Below are positions 41,508 to 54,372 of a DNA stretch of 64,000 nt, in pieces. Each line of letters opens with the position of its first letter. Position 1 is the first letter of the stretch. The notes under the pieces are model-generated. The model was not told the origin of the DNA, made no database searches, and worked only from the letters and a program-made list of their open reading frames with translations. Origin of the DNA: Piromyces finnis finn (lineage: Eukaryota > Fungi > Neocallimastigomycota); NCBI GenBank assembly GCA_002104945.1, contig MCFH01000034.1:434001-498000 (forward strand). Reading direction: 5' to 3'. Made by a program: the position numbers and the translations under genes.

Positions 41508-41697
41508 TTTTGTTTAAATTATATATGATAAAAAATGAAATCTTAATTTATTCAAAACTTACATATGGATCTTTTGCAAGATCGATAACTTCCAAAGCTA
41601 ACTTTCTTTGTCTTTCACGTCTATTAACATTAGTTTCACTACCTCCAGCAACACCAGCACTACCTGGTTTAGATCCAGCTCTATTTTGATAATCCAT
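40687..41697 (-). CDS. SF3A2: Splicing factor 3A subunit 2 (Prp11/SAP62), 2 exons
   Basis: MDYQNRAGSKPGSAGVAG...RRERQRKLALEVIDLAKDPY|FMKNHLGSYECKLCLTLHNNEGSYLAHTQGKKHQTNLARRA and KIGRPGYKVTK...FMSAYEQ. Confidence 0.95.
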
Positions 41698-41892
41698 TAC
41701 TTTATTTTATATTTAAAATTGATGAGATAATAAAAAGTGAATTTTTATACCAACAATTTAATAATTTTTTTTTATTATTATTACCTATATAAATTTTCTG
41801 TATATCCTTAACACTTAAAAAAAAAAAATAAATAATTATGGTTTTGTCTTTTAATTTTATTGGATATTAAATATTTATTTTAAATGGATGAT

Positions 41893-42037
41893 ATAAATAA
41901 ATAAATAAATAAATAAGTAAATAAATAGATAAATAGATAAATAAATAAATAGACAAATAAATAAATAGATAGATAAATAAATAAATAAGTAAATAAATAA
42001 ATAAATAAATAAGTAAATAAATAGATAAATAAATAAA
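41893..42037. repeat. (ATAA/ATAG)n microsatellite
   Basis: Imperfect tetranucleotide run between the divergent SF3A2 and phosphatase genes. Confidence 0.85.
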
Positions 42038-42925
42038 TTAACAGTTTTCAATTTTAATAAAAAGTATAAAAGTAATTAACTGATTATTAATAGTATTAAT
42101 AGTGTATTATAGTTTTTATAGCCTATATATTATTGTAAATGATAAATTGTGTTATAATGAGTTTTACCTTTCTTTGATACATCAAAAAAAATAGAATTAC
42201 ACTTCTTTATTTAAATTAATACTATATATTCATTTATATATATTAATAATATTTATTTAAAATAATATTATATATACATTTATATATTTTAATTATGATA
42301 TATACAATAATTAAAATTTTTTAATATACAATTATAAAAAAAAAAAAATTTTTTTAATATATAAAGGTGTAAATTTAATTTTAAAACAAATATTTTCCAT
42401 AGTTTAAGAAAACTTATATTCTACAAAGAAAAGTTTTTTTCCACTTTTAATTCATAGCACTTTCTAACCGCATTGTATTATTTGTATCTATTATATATAA
42501 TTCTAGATATTTTTATATATAATAAATATTTAGATTAATATAAATACTAATTTATTACTACAACCATATAACAAAGTAATCCATATGATGATTAATACAC
42601 CAATATCAAATTAATATTTATATTCATAATAATACTAAAATATAAAGGAAACAAATAAAATATTACAAATTAAAACAATTTAATATATAAATTATTATCT
42701 TATTAAAACATATTCAAAAAAAAATTAATGTTAAAAGGAAAACCAAAAAAAATTAAATAATTACTTATAATATTATAATATTTTTTTTTTATTAAAAAAG
42801 AAATTAAAACATTTTAAACAATAATAATTTAAAGATAATTTAATATTTAATTTTAGTAAATTTAAAATAGAAATTTATATTAAATTATTCTGTCCAAGAG
42901 TTCAGAGATTTTTTTAAAAAAAAAA

Positions 42926-45442
42926 ATGAATTATAATCAGTGGAATAATAATACAAATTCACCAATAGTGCAAGCATTTCAAGCTGGCCTATATTCTGTT
43001 CTATCTCTTACACCACCCTCTACTGAAATAAATGATATGTTAATTAGTAGAAATTCACCTGATTCGCAATTGCTATCCTGGAAACCTGTTTTTATAACAC
43101 CAGATAATGAACAAGTATCATTATCTTTGGAACATTTCTTCCCAACTTCCTTACCTTATGATTGTTGTTTTGTGTTACCAGAAAAATTTAAAATTGATTG
43201 TACACTTTCTCGGTGAGTTTTTAATTCAGTTTATATGGAAATCAATTGATAATTGTTAAATTTCTAGTAATTTGATATACATATATATTACAATAATAAT
43301 TAAAAAACTTTAATATTATCAATATATGTCTTTTATAAATTACGACAAAAATAATTACAATATAATTTATTAATAAAATATATTAATGAATATTCATTTC
43401 TAAATTTATATATTTCAAACAAAATGCTAGTTCATACTATAATATAATAAAAGAATGTGCAAATAACCATCATCCATTTGTTTTTAATTACCCACAACCA
43501 CCAATGCAAGATATTTTTTTCGCAGAATGTGCAAGAATGAAACAAGTAATTTAATAAAATTTAAAGATATTTTCGGATAATAATATATATATATTTTTTT
43601 TAAAAAAAAAAAGAAAAGAAATTCAGCGTAGTAACGGTAATTATTTTAATATTGTAGAGTGTTGTTATAACAAATATTAAAGAAAAAAACAGTGATACAA
43701 CCTGGGAATTACATTTGAAACCTGTAACCTATTTTTTCCACATTTTATTTTATATAGAGAATTAAATTTTACATAGACATTTTAAAAATATAATTATTAA
43801 TTTTTTTTTTTTTAAAATAATACACATAAATTTTTGATATTATTATAAAGACTGTAAAGGAAGGGTAATTATAAAATTCTATAGAAATATAAAATATAAC
43901 TTTACATATATAGGAAACGAAACAAAACAAAATAAAATTAAATATATAATAGTAATAATTTTTATTTTTATTTTTATTTTATATTTATATATATATATAA
44001 AATTAAAGCTTAATTTTTGGTTATATTTGTAAACCAGGTAATTTAATTTGAAGGATAAAAAATTAAATAAAGGGAACCATTAATAAAATAATTAAATAAT
44101 TTTATTTATATTTTTACAATATTATAATAATATAAAGACCATTTATATAGAAAAGTTGCGGAAAAAGTTGATAATTTAATGGAAAGAAGAAAATTACCGT
44201 TAGTTTTAGATTTAGATGATACCCTTGTAAAATATTTTCCAGATCCAGAGATAATAGAATATGAAAGTAAGTTCATTTAATATAAATATATAAAAGAACA
44301 AAAAATTAAATATATTATTATATATGACCTATTTTAAAAATAGAAAAAGCACCTCATAGAGTAAAAACTTTAAAAGATGGTAGAAAAATTGTATTGGTAG
44401 AAAAAGTTCATGAATTTTTAGATTGGGCACAAAGATTCTTTGAAATAAGGTAAGTAAAATAAAAATCAATTCACGATTCATTTTTTTTTTTTTTTTTCCT
44501 GCATCCCATTATATTGATCGAAATTTAAATTTATTTTATATTAAATATATGTATAACTATTTATTTTTTTTTATTTTTTATAGCATATGTACTATTGGAG
44601 ATCAAAATTATATGGAAATGGTAATAATAAAAAATATATTATACAAGTTTTTTAAAATTTTTTTTTTTTTGAAAAAGATAGCATTGTGAATTAATGGTAT
44701 ATCATGTTTTAATTAGATACTTCAAATTCTTGATCCAAATCATACAAGAATTTTAGGGCAAAAATACAGTGCAAGATATGAATATGAAAATATATTACGA
44801 TCAGCTAATCGTCAAAGGCCAGCAAAAGATCTCGGTTCTTTATTCTCATTTTGTTTAACGAGAAATGAAAATAGAAATCAACCTGGTACTGGAAATGCAC
44901 TTCCATTAATTTTAGATGATAATATTACTGCATGGCCAATAGAACAACATGATAATATTATTGTAGTAAGAGAAACTCGTAATTCACCGTTATGGAATGT
45001 ATCTCTATTCCCAGTAGTACAAAATACACTACAGAATGTATATAATTCTTTTTTTAAACAATTAGATAATTATAGTTCAGGACAAACTAAGGTATTCCCA
45101 TCCTGTGTAAGATGTTATAAAGAATTTTTAAGATGGGAACTTTCACAAAAGATATCCGAACCTTATGGTCTATATCCAATAAAAAGTAATCTTCCACCAT
45201 CAACATCAGCTCCAGCTTCTGCTGTACAACCTCCACCTTCCTATTTTGCCCCGCCTGGTCAACCATTAATAACACCAACACAACCACCTAATACTATACC
45301 ACCAAATCAACCACCACCAGCACAATCTATATTTCCTCAACAACTTCCAAAAAATATTCAAGGTCCAATAAATAATAAGAAAGCACCATTTAACCAACCT
45401 ATAGCACAGTCAACAACACAACCTATATCAAGGATTGGTTAA
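42926..45442 (+). CDS. FCP1/NIF-type HAD phosphatase (RNA Pol II CTD phosphatase-like) with Pro/Gln-rich tail
   Basis: RRKLPLVLDLDDTL (DxDxT motif), VHEFLDWAQRFFEISICTIGDQNY, LILDDNITAWP. Needs a 14-nt (43851-43864) and a 29-nt (44009-44037) exon to keep frame; stop TAA at 45440-45442. Confidence 0.82.
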
Positions 45443-46223
45443 AAATAAAAAAAAAAAAGGAAATATATATTTTTTAAGTTACTCATTATTGCTTATTGAG
45501 TATTTATTTATTTATTTATTTATTTATTTATTCTGTTTATATATATATATGTTTATATTTATATATATATTTGTAATCTTGTTTTTTAATTTTTTTTATT
45601 TTTTAAAAAAAAAGGAAATAAAAAAAGTATCGAAAAAGAAATAAGAGATATTATATAAGGAAAAAACCAGCCAAAAAAATATAAAGCATATATTTATCAA
45701 TTATTATTATGAAAATATTTACAGTATATCCTAATACTTGAAATATTTTTAAGAATAATAATATACATCTTTTTTATTTATTTATTTTAGTTATAAAATT
45801 ATGTTTTAAACAATCAATTTATTTATTTTTCTTCATCATAAAATATATACATATATATGTAATATACATAGCAATTTTATTTTATTTTGTTTTTATTTTT
45901 TATTTTTAGTCTTTGAAATCGTAATACCTATTTATTTAAATAAAAGTGAAATTAAAAAAAAATTAAACTTTTGACTTGTTTTCATTCTTTTTTTTTTTTT
46001 TTTCCCCTTTTTCTTTATCTTCTTTCTCATTTTCTTTTTTCCTATTTGTTTTTGGTATTAATTTTAATCATTTGGTGGAGGTAGGAGGAGGAGGATACAT
46101 TACAAAAAAAAAAAAAAAATTTTTTTTTTTAATAATTAATTTAAAAAAATAAAAGAAAAATTAATTTTATGAAATTATTGAAATAAATATACTTTTCTTT
46201 TTTTTTCATTATATTGAACAGAA

Positions 46224-49200
46224 ATGGATATTAATAGTTTATTTAAAGTAATAATAATAATAATAATACTTTTTTTATATCGTAAAAGTCTTTAATATAT
46301 ATATTTTTTTAATAAGAATTAAGAATAATAAAATAATAGTAATATTAACTAATTATATTATTAAAATTTTTAAATACATTTGTCAATTTAAAAAGACTCC
46401 AGGCAATACTTCAATAAGTAAAAGAAAACTTGTAAGCCTTCAAATAATAAAATATAATATATTTAATATAATATTATATAAAGCAATATTATTATAATAA
46501 CGACCTGAAAAAAATAATTATTCATTTTATTATATTTTAATATCAAAATTTTAAATGTTATACCTATATACATATATTATCCATGATTCATAATATAACA
46601 TTTAAATGGACGATTATATTTTACATCTTAAAAACAAATTTCAAATTAAAATTATTTAATAAAATAAATGATTATAATAATAATAATAAAATAATAATAA
46701 TACTATATCAATATTAAGGGTACACTATCTGATTCCAAAATCATGAAACATTTCTATCATGATTCTGGTTCGATAGAAGATTTTGAAATTGGTGGACCTT
46801 CCTCCAAAAGAAAAAAGGTTACTGAAGAAGAGGTTGAACAAGAAGATGAAAGTTTTTATGCCGATGGTTTAACAGAACAACAACGTGAAATTTATGATAT
46901 TATCGATCAAGTAGAAGATGTATATATAACAAATTTCTTTCTTTTTTTTTTTTGGAATCAATATTTTTAAATTTTTATTATTATTATTTTATATATAAAT
47001 TAAAGTGATAATAATTATAATTTAACAATCAAATAATATATATATATTTAATATAATAACGATTTGTAACTACAGGAACCAAATACTATTGATATTAATA
47101 CTTTTAAAAAAATGATTTTGAAATTCGAAAAAGTACTATCAAAAAATCAACAATTAAGAATGAAATATGCTGATGACCCATTAAAGTACATTTCAATTTT
47201 CTTTATTAAACATAGTTCTACGAATTTATGTCTTTTTTTTTTTTATTTATTTACCAAAATAATTCAAAAAATTTCAATTATTAAATTTTGAAATCTATTT
47301 TTATAAATTAGTCATTTACATTAAAATAATATCTATATCTTTTTTTTTTTTATTATTATTATATATAATATTAATATTTTTTTTAAAAAAAATTAACACT
47401 ACCACCATAACAATAATGATAACGATAATTATTTTAAGATTTATGGATTCAGAAGCAGACCTTGATGAAGAAATAAAACATATGATGTCAGCCAGTACTA
47501 CTCCACAATTTTATCCAAAATTAATTGAATTAGACACAGTAAAATCAATTCTTTCTTTATTAACTCATGAAAACACCGATATATCAATTGCATGTATTGA
47601 TTTAATTAATGAATTAACAGATGAAGATGTTTTAGGTGAAATTGATGAAGAAGGTGAAGCAGGTTTAAGAGCTTTAGTCAATCATATGGTAAATATAATG
47701 TCACGATCTCTATTTGCATAAAGGATTTATTAAGAAAAAAAAATATATTATTATTAGCTTTTATTTATTTTTATTTTTTTTTTTTAAAAAAAAAAAAATG
47801 ATAGGTTGAACAACAAACTTTTGAATTATTAGTTTCAAATTTAAATAGATTAAAAGAAACACAAGATGAAGATAAGCAAGGTGTTTTTAATACATTAAGT
47901 AAGTAAATTATAAAGGATATGGGTCATTCCAAGTTTGATGAATATACATATTAATGTATAATTAAATTTTATTGATTAATTAAAAAAAAAAAAAAAAAAA
48001 AAAAAAATTCAATTTTATTTAACTCAATTCTAGGTATATTTGAAAATTTCATATCTATTGAACCAAAATTAGCTGAAACTTTAGTTGAAAAAACAAACAT
48101 TTTAGAATGGATTATTAATCGTATTTCTAAAAAAGAATTTGATTCTAATAAACAATATTGTAGTGAAATATTAGCTATTCTATTACAAAATAGTTCAGGT
48201 AAATATGGAAAAGACAAGCATGACTTCATTTTTTTTAACGATGATATTTAATATAAAATTTAATACATTTTTTTTTTAAAAAAAAAAAAATCAATTCTTT
48301 ATTTGCCTATCTATAAATATAAAAATAGCCAACAGAATAAAATTCTGTGAATTAGATGGTGTTATTTGTTTATTAAAAGCCTTATCGGTAAGACTATAAT
48401 ACGTTAAATCATCATAAATAATGATAAAAAAAATTATAATAAAATATCCAATTTGTAGAATTAAATCATATTATTATTCTCAAGATCCTCAAAATTACAA
48501 GTTAATAAAAATAAATTATAAAATATTTTTTTTCTTTTATAAAAAAAAAAAGGTGTATAAAAGAAGAGATCCAGAAGATAGTGAAGAAATTGAAATGATG
48601 GAAAACTTTTTTGATGCTTTATGTTCTGCCTTGATTGAAAACAAAGTAAAAGAAAGCTTTTTAAAGGATGAAGGAATAGAACTTATGCTTTTAATGATAA
48701 AGTAAATATTTTTTTTTAAAAAAAAAAAAAAAAAAAAGAAAATAAAAAAAAATTCAAATATAAATAGATACGTTTTATATAAATTCATTAATTCATTATA
48801 TATGTATGTATATATTATATATATATATATTGGTTATTATTTTTATGAAAATAAAAAATTTCATAGAGAAAAGAATATGTCAAGAATGAGAGCCGTTAAA
48901 GTCATAGATTATACCTTAACTGGTGATACCACAATGTATTGTGAATATTTTATTGAAATTCATGGATTAAAATCTTTATTTGCTGCCTTTATGGGTAAAG
49001 GTGTTAAAAAGATGAAAAAATCTTATGATAAACAATATTCTGAATCTGAAGAAATAGGTAAAATTTTAAAAAAAAAAAAAAAAATTTTTTTTTTATTATT
49101 ATAAAGTAAATAACTATACTATCTATTTTAATAATGATCCATTTCAAACTTATTTATCTATTCATTTATGCCTATTGTATCTATGATTTATATTTATATT

Positions 49201-49888
49201 TATATTTATATTTATATTTATATTTATATTTATATTTATATTTATATTTATATTTATATTTATATTTATATTTATATTTATATTTATATTTATATTTATA
49301 TTTATATTATTTTAATGATGATGATACTGTTCATTTATTAGAACATTGTATATCCATTATAAGTTGGTTATTTAAAAAAGTTAATTCCATGAAATATTTA
49401 GAACGTTTAGTGAGTAAATTTGTAGAAAATGATTTTGAAAAAATTGCTCGTATGATAGAACTTTATCTTCAATATAAAGAAAAAATAGACAAGGAAGAAA
49501 GAGCCATTGAAAAAGAAGCTGAAGTAAACTATAAAATCCAACTATAATTTCTAATCAATTCCCTATACCATTATTTTATTATTGGGGAAAAAAAAATAAT
49601 AATAATATTCTAATATAATATAAATATATATATTTATAATACATTATTAATTTCAAATATAAATTTATTTAAAAAAAAAAAATAAATGAATAGGAAATAA
49701 TAAAAGAATATGGAGAATTAAGCGAAGAAGATGAAGATATGTTTTATTTAAGACGTATGGATTCTGGTTTATTAACCTATCAATTAATATCACATATTAT
49801 TGGACATCTTTGTATATTTAAAGAAATACCTGTAAGTCTTTTATAATATATCATTTTATAATGAGTAAATTTTAATTTTAATGAATAA

Positions 49889-49919
<31 letters not shown>

Positions 49920-50088
49920 ATAATAATGATAGATCAAAGAAAGAATTGTTATGTTATTAAAGAGAAATAAATTAAATTTAGAAGATGTAAAATCAGTGAT
50001 TGAAGAGTATAAAGATAATTTAGGGGATACCAAAGATTCTGATATTGTTGAAAAACAAGAAATTATAAAAATTCTGGAATTAATGTAG
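46224..50088 (+). CDS. CTNNBL1: Beta-catenin-like protein 1 (Prp19/CDC5L complex subunit), multi-exon
   Basis: MKYADDPLKFMDSEADLDEEIK, LLTHENTDISIACIDLINELTDED, NKQYCSEILAILLQ, YKRRDPEDSEEIEMMENFFDALCS, FYLRRMDSGLLTYQLI. All introns are GT-AG. Confidence 0.92.
49188..49305. repeat. (TATATT)n hexamer microsatellite in a CTNNBL1 intron
   Basis: Visible run; it gives the (YL)n stretch in ORF 49134-49547. Confidence 0.92.
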
Positions 50089-50572
50089 TTTTTTTTTTTT
50101 TTATTATTATTATTATTATTTATTATAATTTTTTTAATTATTATTTTAATTTTATTAAAACAATATATATATAAAAGTAAATAAATAAAACAATAAATAA
50201 TTATATATGTATATAATTAAAAAAAAAAAAAACTCTTTTTTTCATTTTTAATCTAAAATAATAATTTAAATAAAAACTTGAATATTTAAATAATAAATTT
50301 TTTTATTTTTTTTTTCTATAGTAAAAAGTAATTAAAAGACAATTTTTAAAAAATATATATATTTATTTATTTATATACAACACATATAAAATACACTATA
50401 TATAATATATAATAGATTACAAATAAAAAAAAAAAATTAAAATTCTATAACGATTAAATATTAATAAAAAGGAAATATATATATAATAAATAGCTTTTAT
50501 AATATCTATCTATCTATATATACATAAAGGTATGATCTATGAATTATTATTTAAAATTGTTTTTTTTTTTTT

Positions 50573-53262
50573 TTAATGTTTTGATTGATTCTCTAATGTG
50601 GTGGTGGTGGAGGATGGTTGTTGAAAGTATTCTTGTTTTAATAATTTAACACATTGATAAAATTCTTTGGTCCATTCAATCTTCCATTTTTCCCAATTCC
50701 AACGGAATACATCTTTTAAGAATTCTATTAAATTAATATAATCACCAGAATCTTTAGGAATTGGAAGTTTAGAAAGAGAAAGAATTTGAAGTTTTAATTC
50801 TTGTATGGTATGACCAAACTGCACTTGTAAATCTTCTGCCATTTTTCTTTTCCAAATATTGACTTGTAAAGTAATGGTTTTAAAGGATTGTTCCATAGTA
50901 TCAATAATACTTTTATTATACGCTTTAATATGATCATTAATATATTGTAGATTAGATTGATTCACCTCATCTTGGAAGGCTTTAAGTCGATTTTCTACAT
51001 CATCTGTTAGATTCTTTACATTTTTCAAATGCATTGTATTCATTTGGGCACATATTTCATTAAATTTCTCAACAATTCCTTGGGTATGCTTATCATAAAT
51101 TTGATCTCCTAGGATTTGAAAATTAAAATTCAATCGTTTATCCAGGTCATTAATTCGATTCTCCATGGCAATAATAGCTGAATTCGATGGGGTCAAGGTA
51201 TCCGGTGGTGGTGGATAATTATAGTTTATATTTCCATTGATGGATAATGGTGGTGGAAGGTTATTTTTATTATGACGTCCACGGTTAAACATTCCATTAG
51301 TATTGGCATTAAGCGTTCTTTGATCACTATTAATAGGTACTAAATCATTTGGACCTGATCTATAATTATTTTTATTAATATAATCATTTTCATTGGTCTT
51401 TTGTCGTTTATTTGCCATATATCCGCCACCATTATTATAAGTATTACTATTGTAGTTGGTAGGGTTGTTAAAATTGTTGTTGCCACTATTGTAATTATTA
51501 TTGCTAAAGTTATGATAATCATCTGGTATTACAATTGGATTCGAAACTACGGGTAAAGGATTCATGGTATTATCTATCTTTTTCTTAACATCATTAATAT
51601 CTTGTTCATTTTTATAGGTATATTTTTGTATAATGGGTATACTATCAATATTTTCTTTATTCTTTTCAACAAAAGAATCAATTTTTCTTATTTGATCTAA
51701 AATTTTTAAAAGTGTCATTGGTGAATAACTACTATTTTCTAATTCACTTCTTGTATTTAAATCACTTTCAGGTATAAGTCTTTTTATAACACTTTCCATG
51801 GTATTCATTCTATTTTGATACGTTTCAATACGCGTTAAAAATTCTTTTAAAATTCTATTAATCAATTGTATTTCCTTGTCTTTAAAAAAGTTACATATAT
51901 ATTATAATAATTATAATTAATTAAAAATAGGAATAGGATAGAATGAATAGTGTAATATAAAATATAAAACAAATATAAAATAGATATATATATAAAACTA
52001 AAAATATTTAAAATATTTTCATAATTATATAACTATTCCATGGATAATATGTAATATCTCTCAACTTTTTTTTTTTTTTTAAAAAAAAAATATTCTTCAA
52101 TAATTAAATATTAAAAAAAAAAATTTTTTTTTTTCAAAAAATATAAAAAAGCCACGCTTACCAATTCCTTCAAAAGCCATAGATAAAGATTTTCTATCGC
52201 TTGTTAAATTTTCTTTTATTTTTTTTCCTGAATTATGGTATATTTCACTAATAAATGAATTATGATATTCAACATTATCAAAAATATCGGTATTTTCTTC
52301 TATGTCCCTTTCGTCCTTATAAAGTAAAGAAAGTTGAACCAATTCTTTTTTAAATTGGCTTGTATCAATAGATTTATCAACTTTTTCTGCAATGACACTT
52401 TGTTTTAACGTTAACAATTCTTTTTTTAAACCTTCTATCTTTTTATTAAGTTTATCTTCAACTTTTTTACGTCTCATCTCTTCTTCTCTTCTAATTTGTT
52501 CTTCTACCGAAGAATAACACATAGCTCTTAAACTTTTATAAATATTATTCATTGTATCTAACAATTTCTTTTTCTTATTGGAAGATAATAATTTATCCAA
52601 ATCTTTATCTTTTTTTTATTATTTGTTGTTATTAATAATAATATTATTAATTATTAAAATTTCATTTTCATTGGAATTTTGTAAATTATTGTTTATTAAC
52701 ACGCGCCATGCACGTACCACCAACACAGATATAAAATATATTTAAATATATTTTGAATTAATATACTTTTTTTTATTTATTTATTTTAAAATTTTAAATA
52801 TTATTATTTTTATTATCGTTGTTATTATTGTTGATACTTTTTTTTTTTTTTTTTTTTACCTTTTATATCAACAGTATTTGTTCCTAATTCATCTCTTCTT
52901 GAAGCATCTTCATTGATAATATCTTCATTTATTATAGATAATTTACATGTTACTTTTAAAAAGTCTTTTAATATCATGTATTTTTTTAGAGGTGATTATT
53001 TTATTTTATTTTATTTTATTTTATTTTTTTTAAAAAAAAAAAAAAAGGTAATAAATTGTAAATAACAATAAAGATAGATATTGTTATACCCCAATTGTGG
53101 AAATAAAAAAAAAAAGGTATTAATAAATCTATACTTTTTAATAATTTTTTTTTTTTTTTTATTTTTTATTTTCTTTTTACCATTGAAAAAAGTTAATAAT
53201 TGATTATTAAGTTCTATTTCTTTTTCCTGTTGAATTCTTGCAGAAGTTCTAGTAGGATACAT
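50573..53262 (-). CDS. Uncharacterised coiled-coil protein with central Asn/Pro-rich low-complexity region, 4 exons
   Basis: Exons at about 53262-53181, 52964-52860, 52608-52162 and 51881-50573 splice in frame through GT-AG introns. No family was recognised. Confidence 0.7.
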
Positions 53263-53692
53263 TTTTTATTATTATTATTATTATTATTATATATCCCTCT
53301 AAATTCTAGTTATTTATTATAATAATAAATACGCAATATAAATTAAAATAAATAAATTATAAAGTTATTCTTTTTAAATAATTATTATTATTTTAGTAAA
53401 TGTGGTCGTTATTGTCGTTATTGTTATTGTAATCGTTATAATATTAGAATAAATAAAATAAAATAAAATAAAAATATTATATTAATAAAACTTTGGATTT
53501 CTTTTTTATTTATATTAACTTTTTTGGTGGTGGAAATGGAAGTGGAAAAAATTTTTAAATATTTAATTATAAAAAAAAAAAACATTTTTTTTAATATTTA
53601 TTAAACTTTGTATCACGTGTAAATTGTATAACATTAAAAATTAAATAAAAAAATCATCCACCTAAAAAAAGATGAAATAAAAAGTACATTAA

Positions 53693-53838
53693 AATGGAAT
53701 TAAAATGGAATTTAGAATGGAATTTAGAATGGAATTTAGAATGGAATTTAGAATGGAATTAGAATGGAATTAAAATGGAATTTAGAATGGAATTTAGAAT
53801 GGAATTTAGAATGGAATTTAGAATGGAATTTAGAATGG
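53693..53838. repeat. 11/12-bp minisatellite (AATGGAATTTAG), about 12 copies with a higher-order duplication
   Basis: Units start at 53693, 53704, 53716, 53728, 53740, 53752, 53763, 53774, 53786, 53798, 53810 and 53822. Confidence 0.95.
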
Positions 53839-54372
53839 TGATAGTAATAACAATAATAATAAATATATTTCAAGAAATTAAATGGATGGTAATACCATCC
53901 TCTTTCATCCAAAAGATTAGAAATTCTATTTAAAAAATTTGACAGCCTTTCAGCTTGATTTTTTTTTTTTTTTTTTTAATATTTATTTATTTATTTTATT
54001 TATTTTTTTAATTATAGATTTGATTTAAAATCTTTGTAAATTTGTGCTTTTTTTTTTTTTTTTTTTTTTTTTACTACAAACCAAGTAAAGTAATTAATAT
54101 AAAAAAAAAAAAAGTTCTAATTATATAATTATATATATAAAATTTAAAATTTATAAAATATTATCAACTAAAATAGGTATATAGATATAGATATACATAT
54201 AGTAATTATAGTATTTAGTTTATAATAATTTGCATGATAAAAATAATAAAAAAAAAAAAAAAAAAAAAAAAGGAAATGAGGAATAATGAATAATATATAT
54301 ATTATAGGGATAATAAAGCGATTCGTATTAAAATAAAAAAAAAAAAATAATAAAATTGAATATCTAATACAT

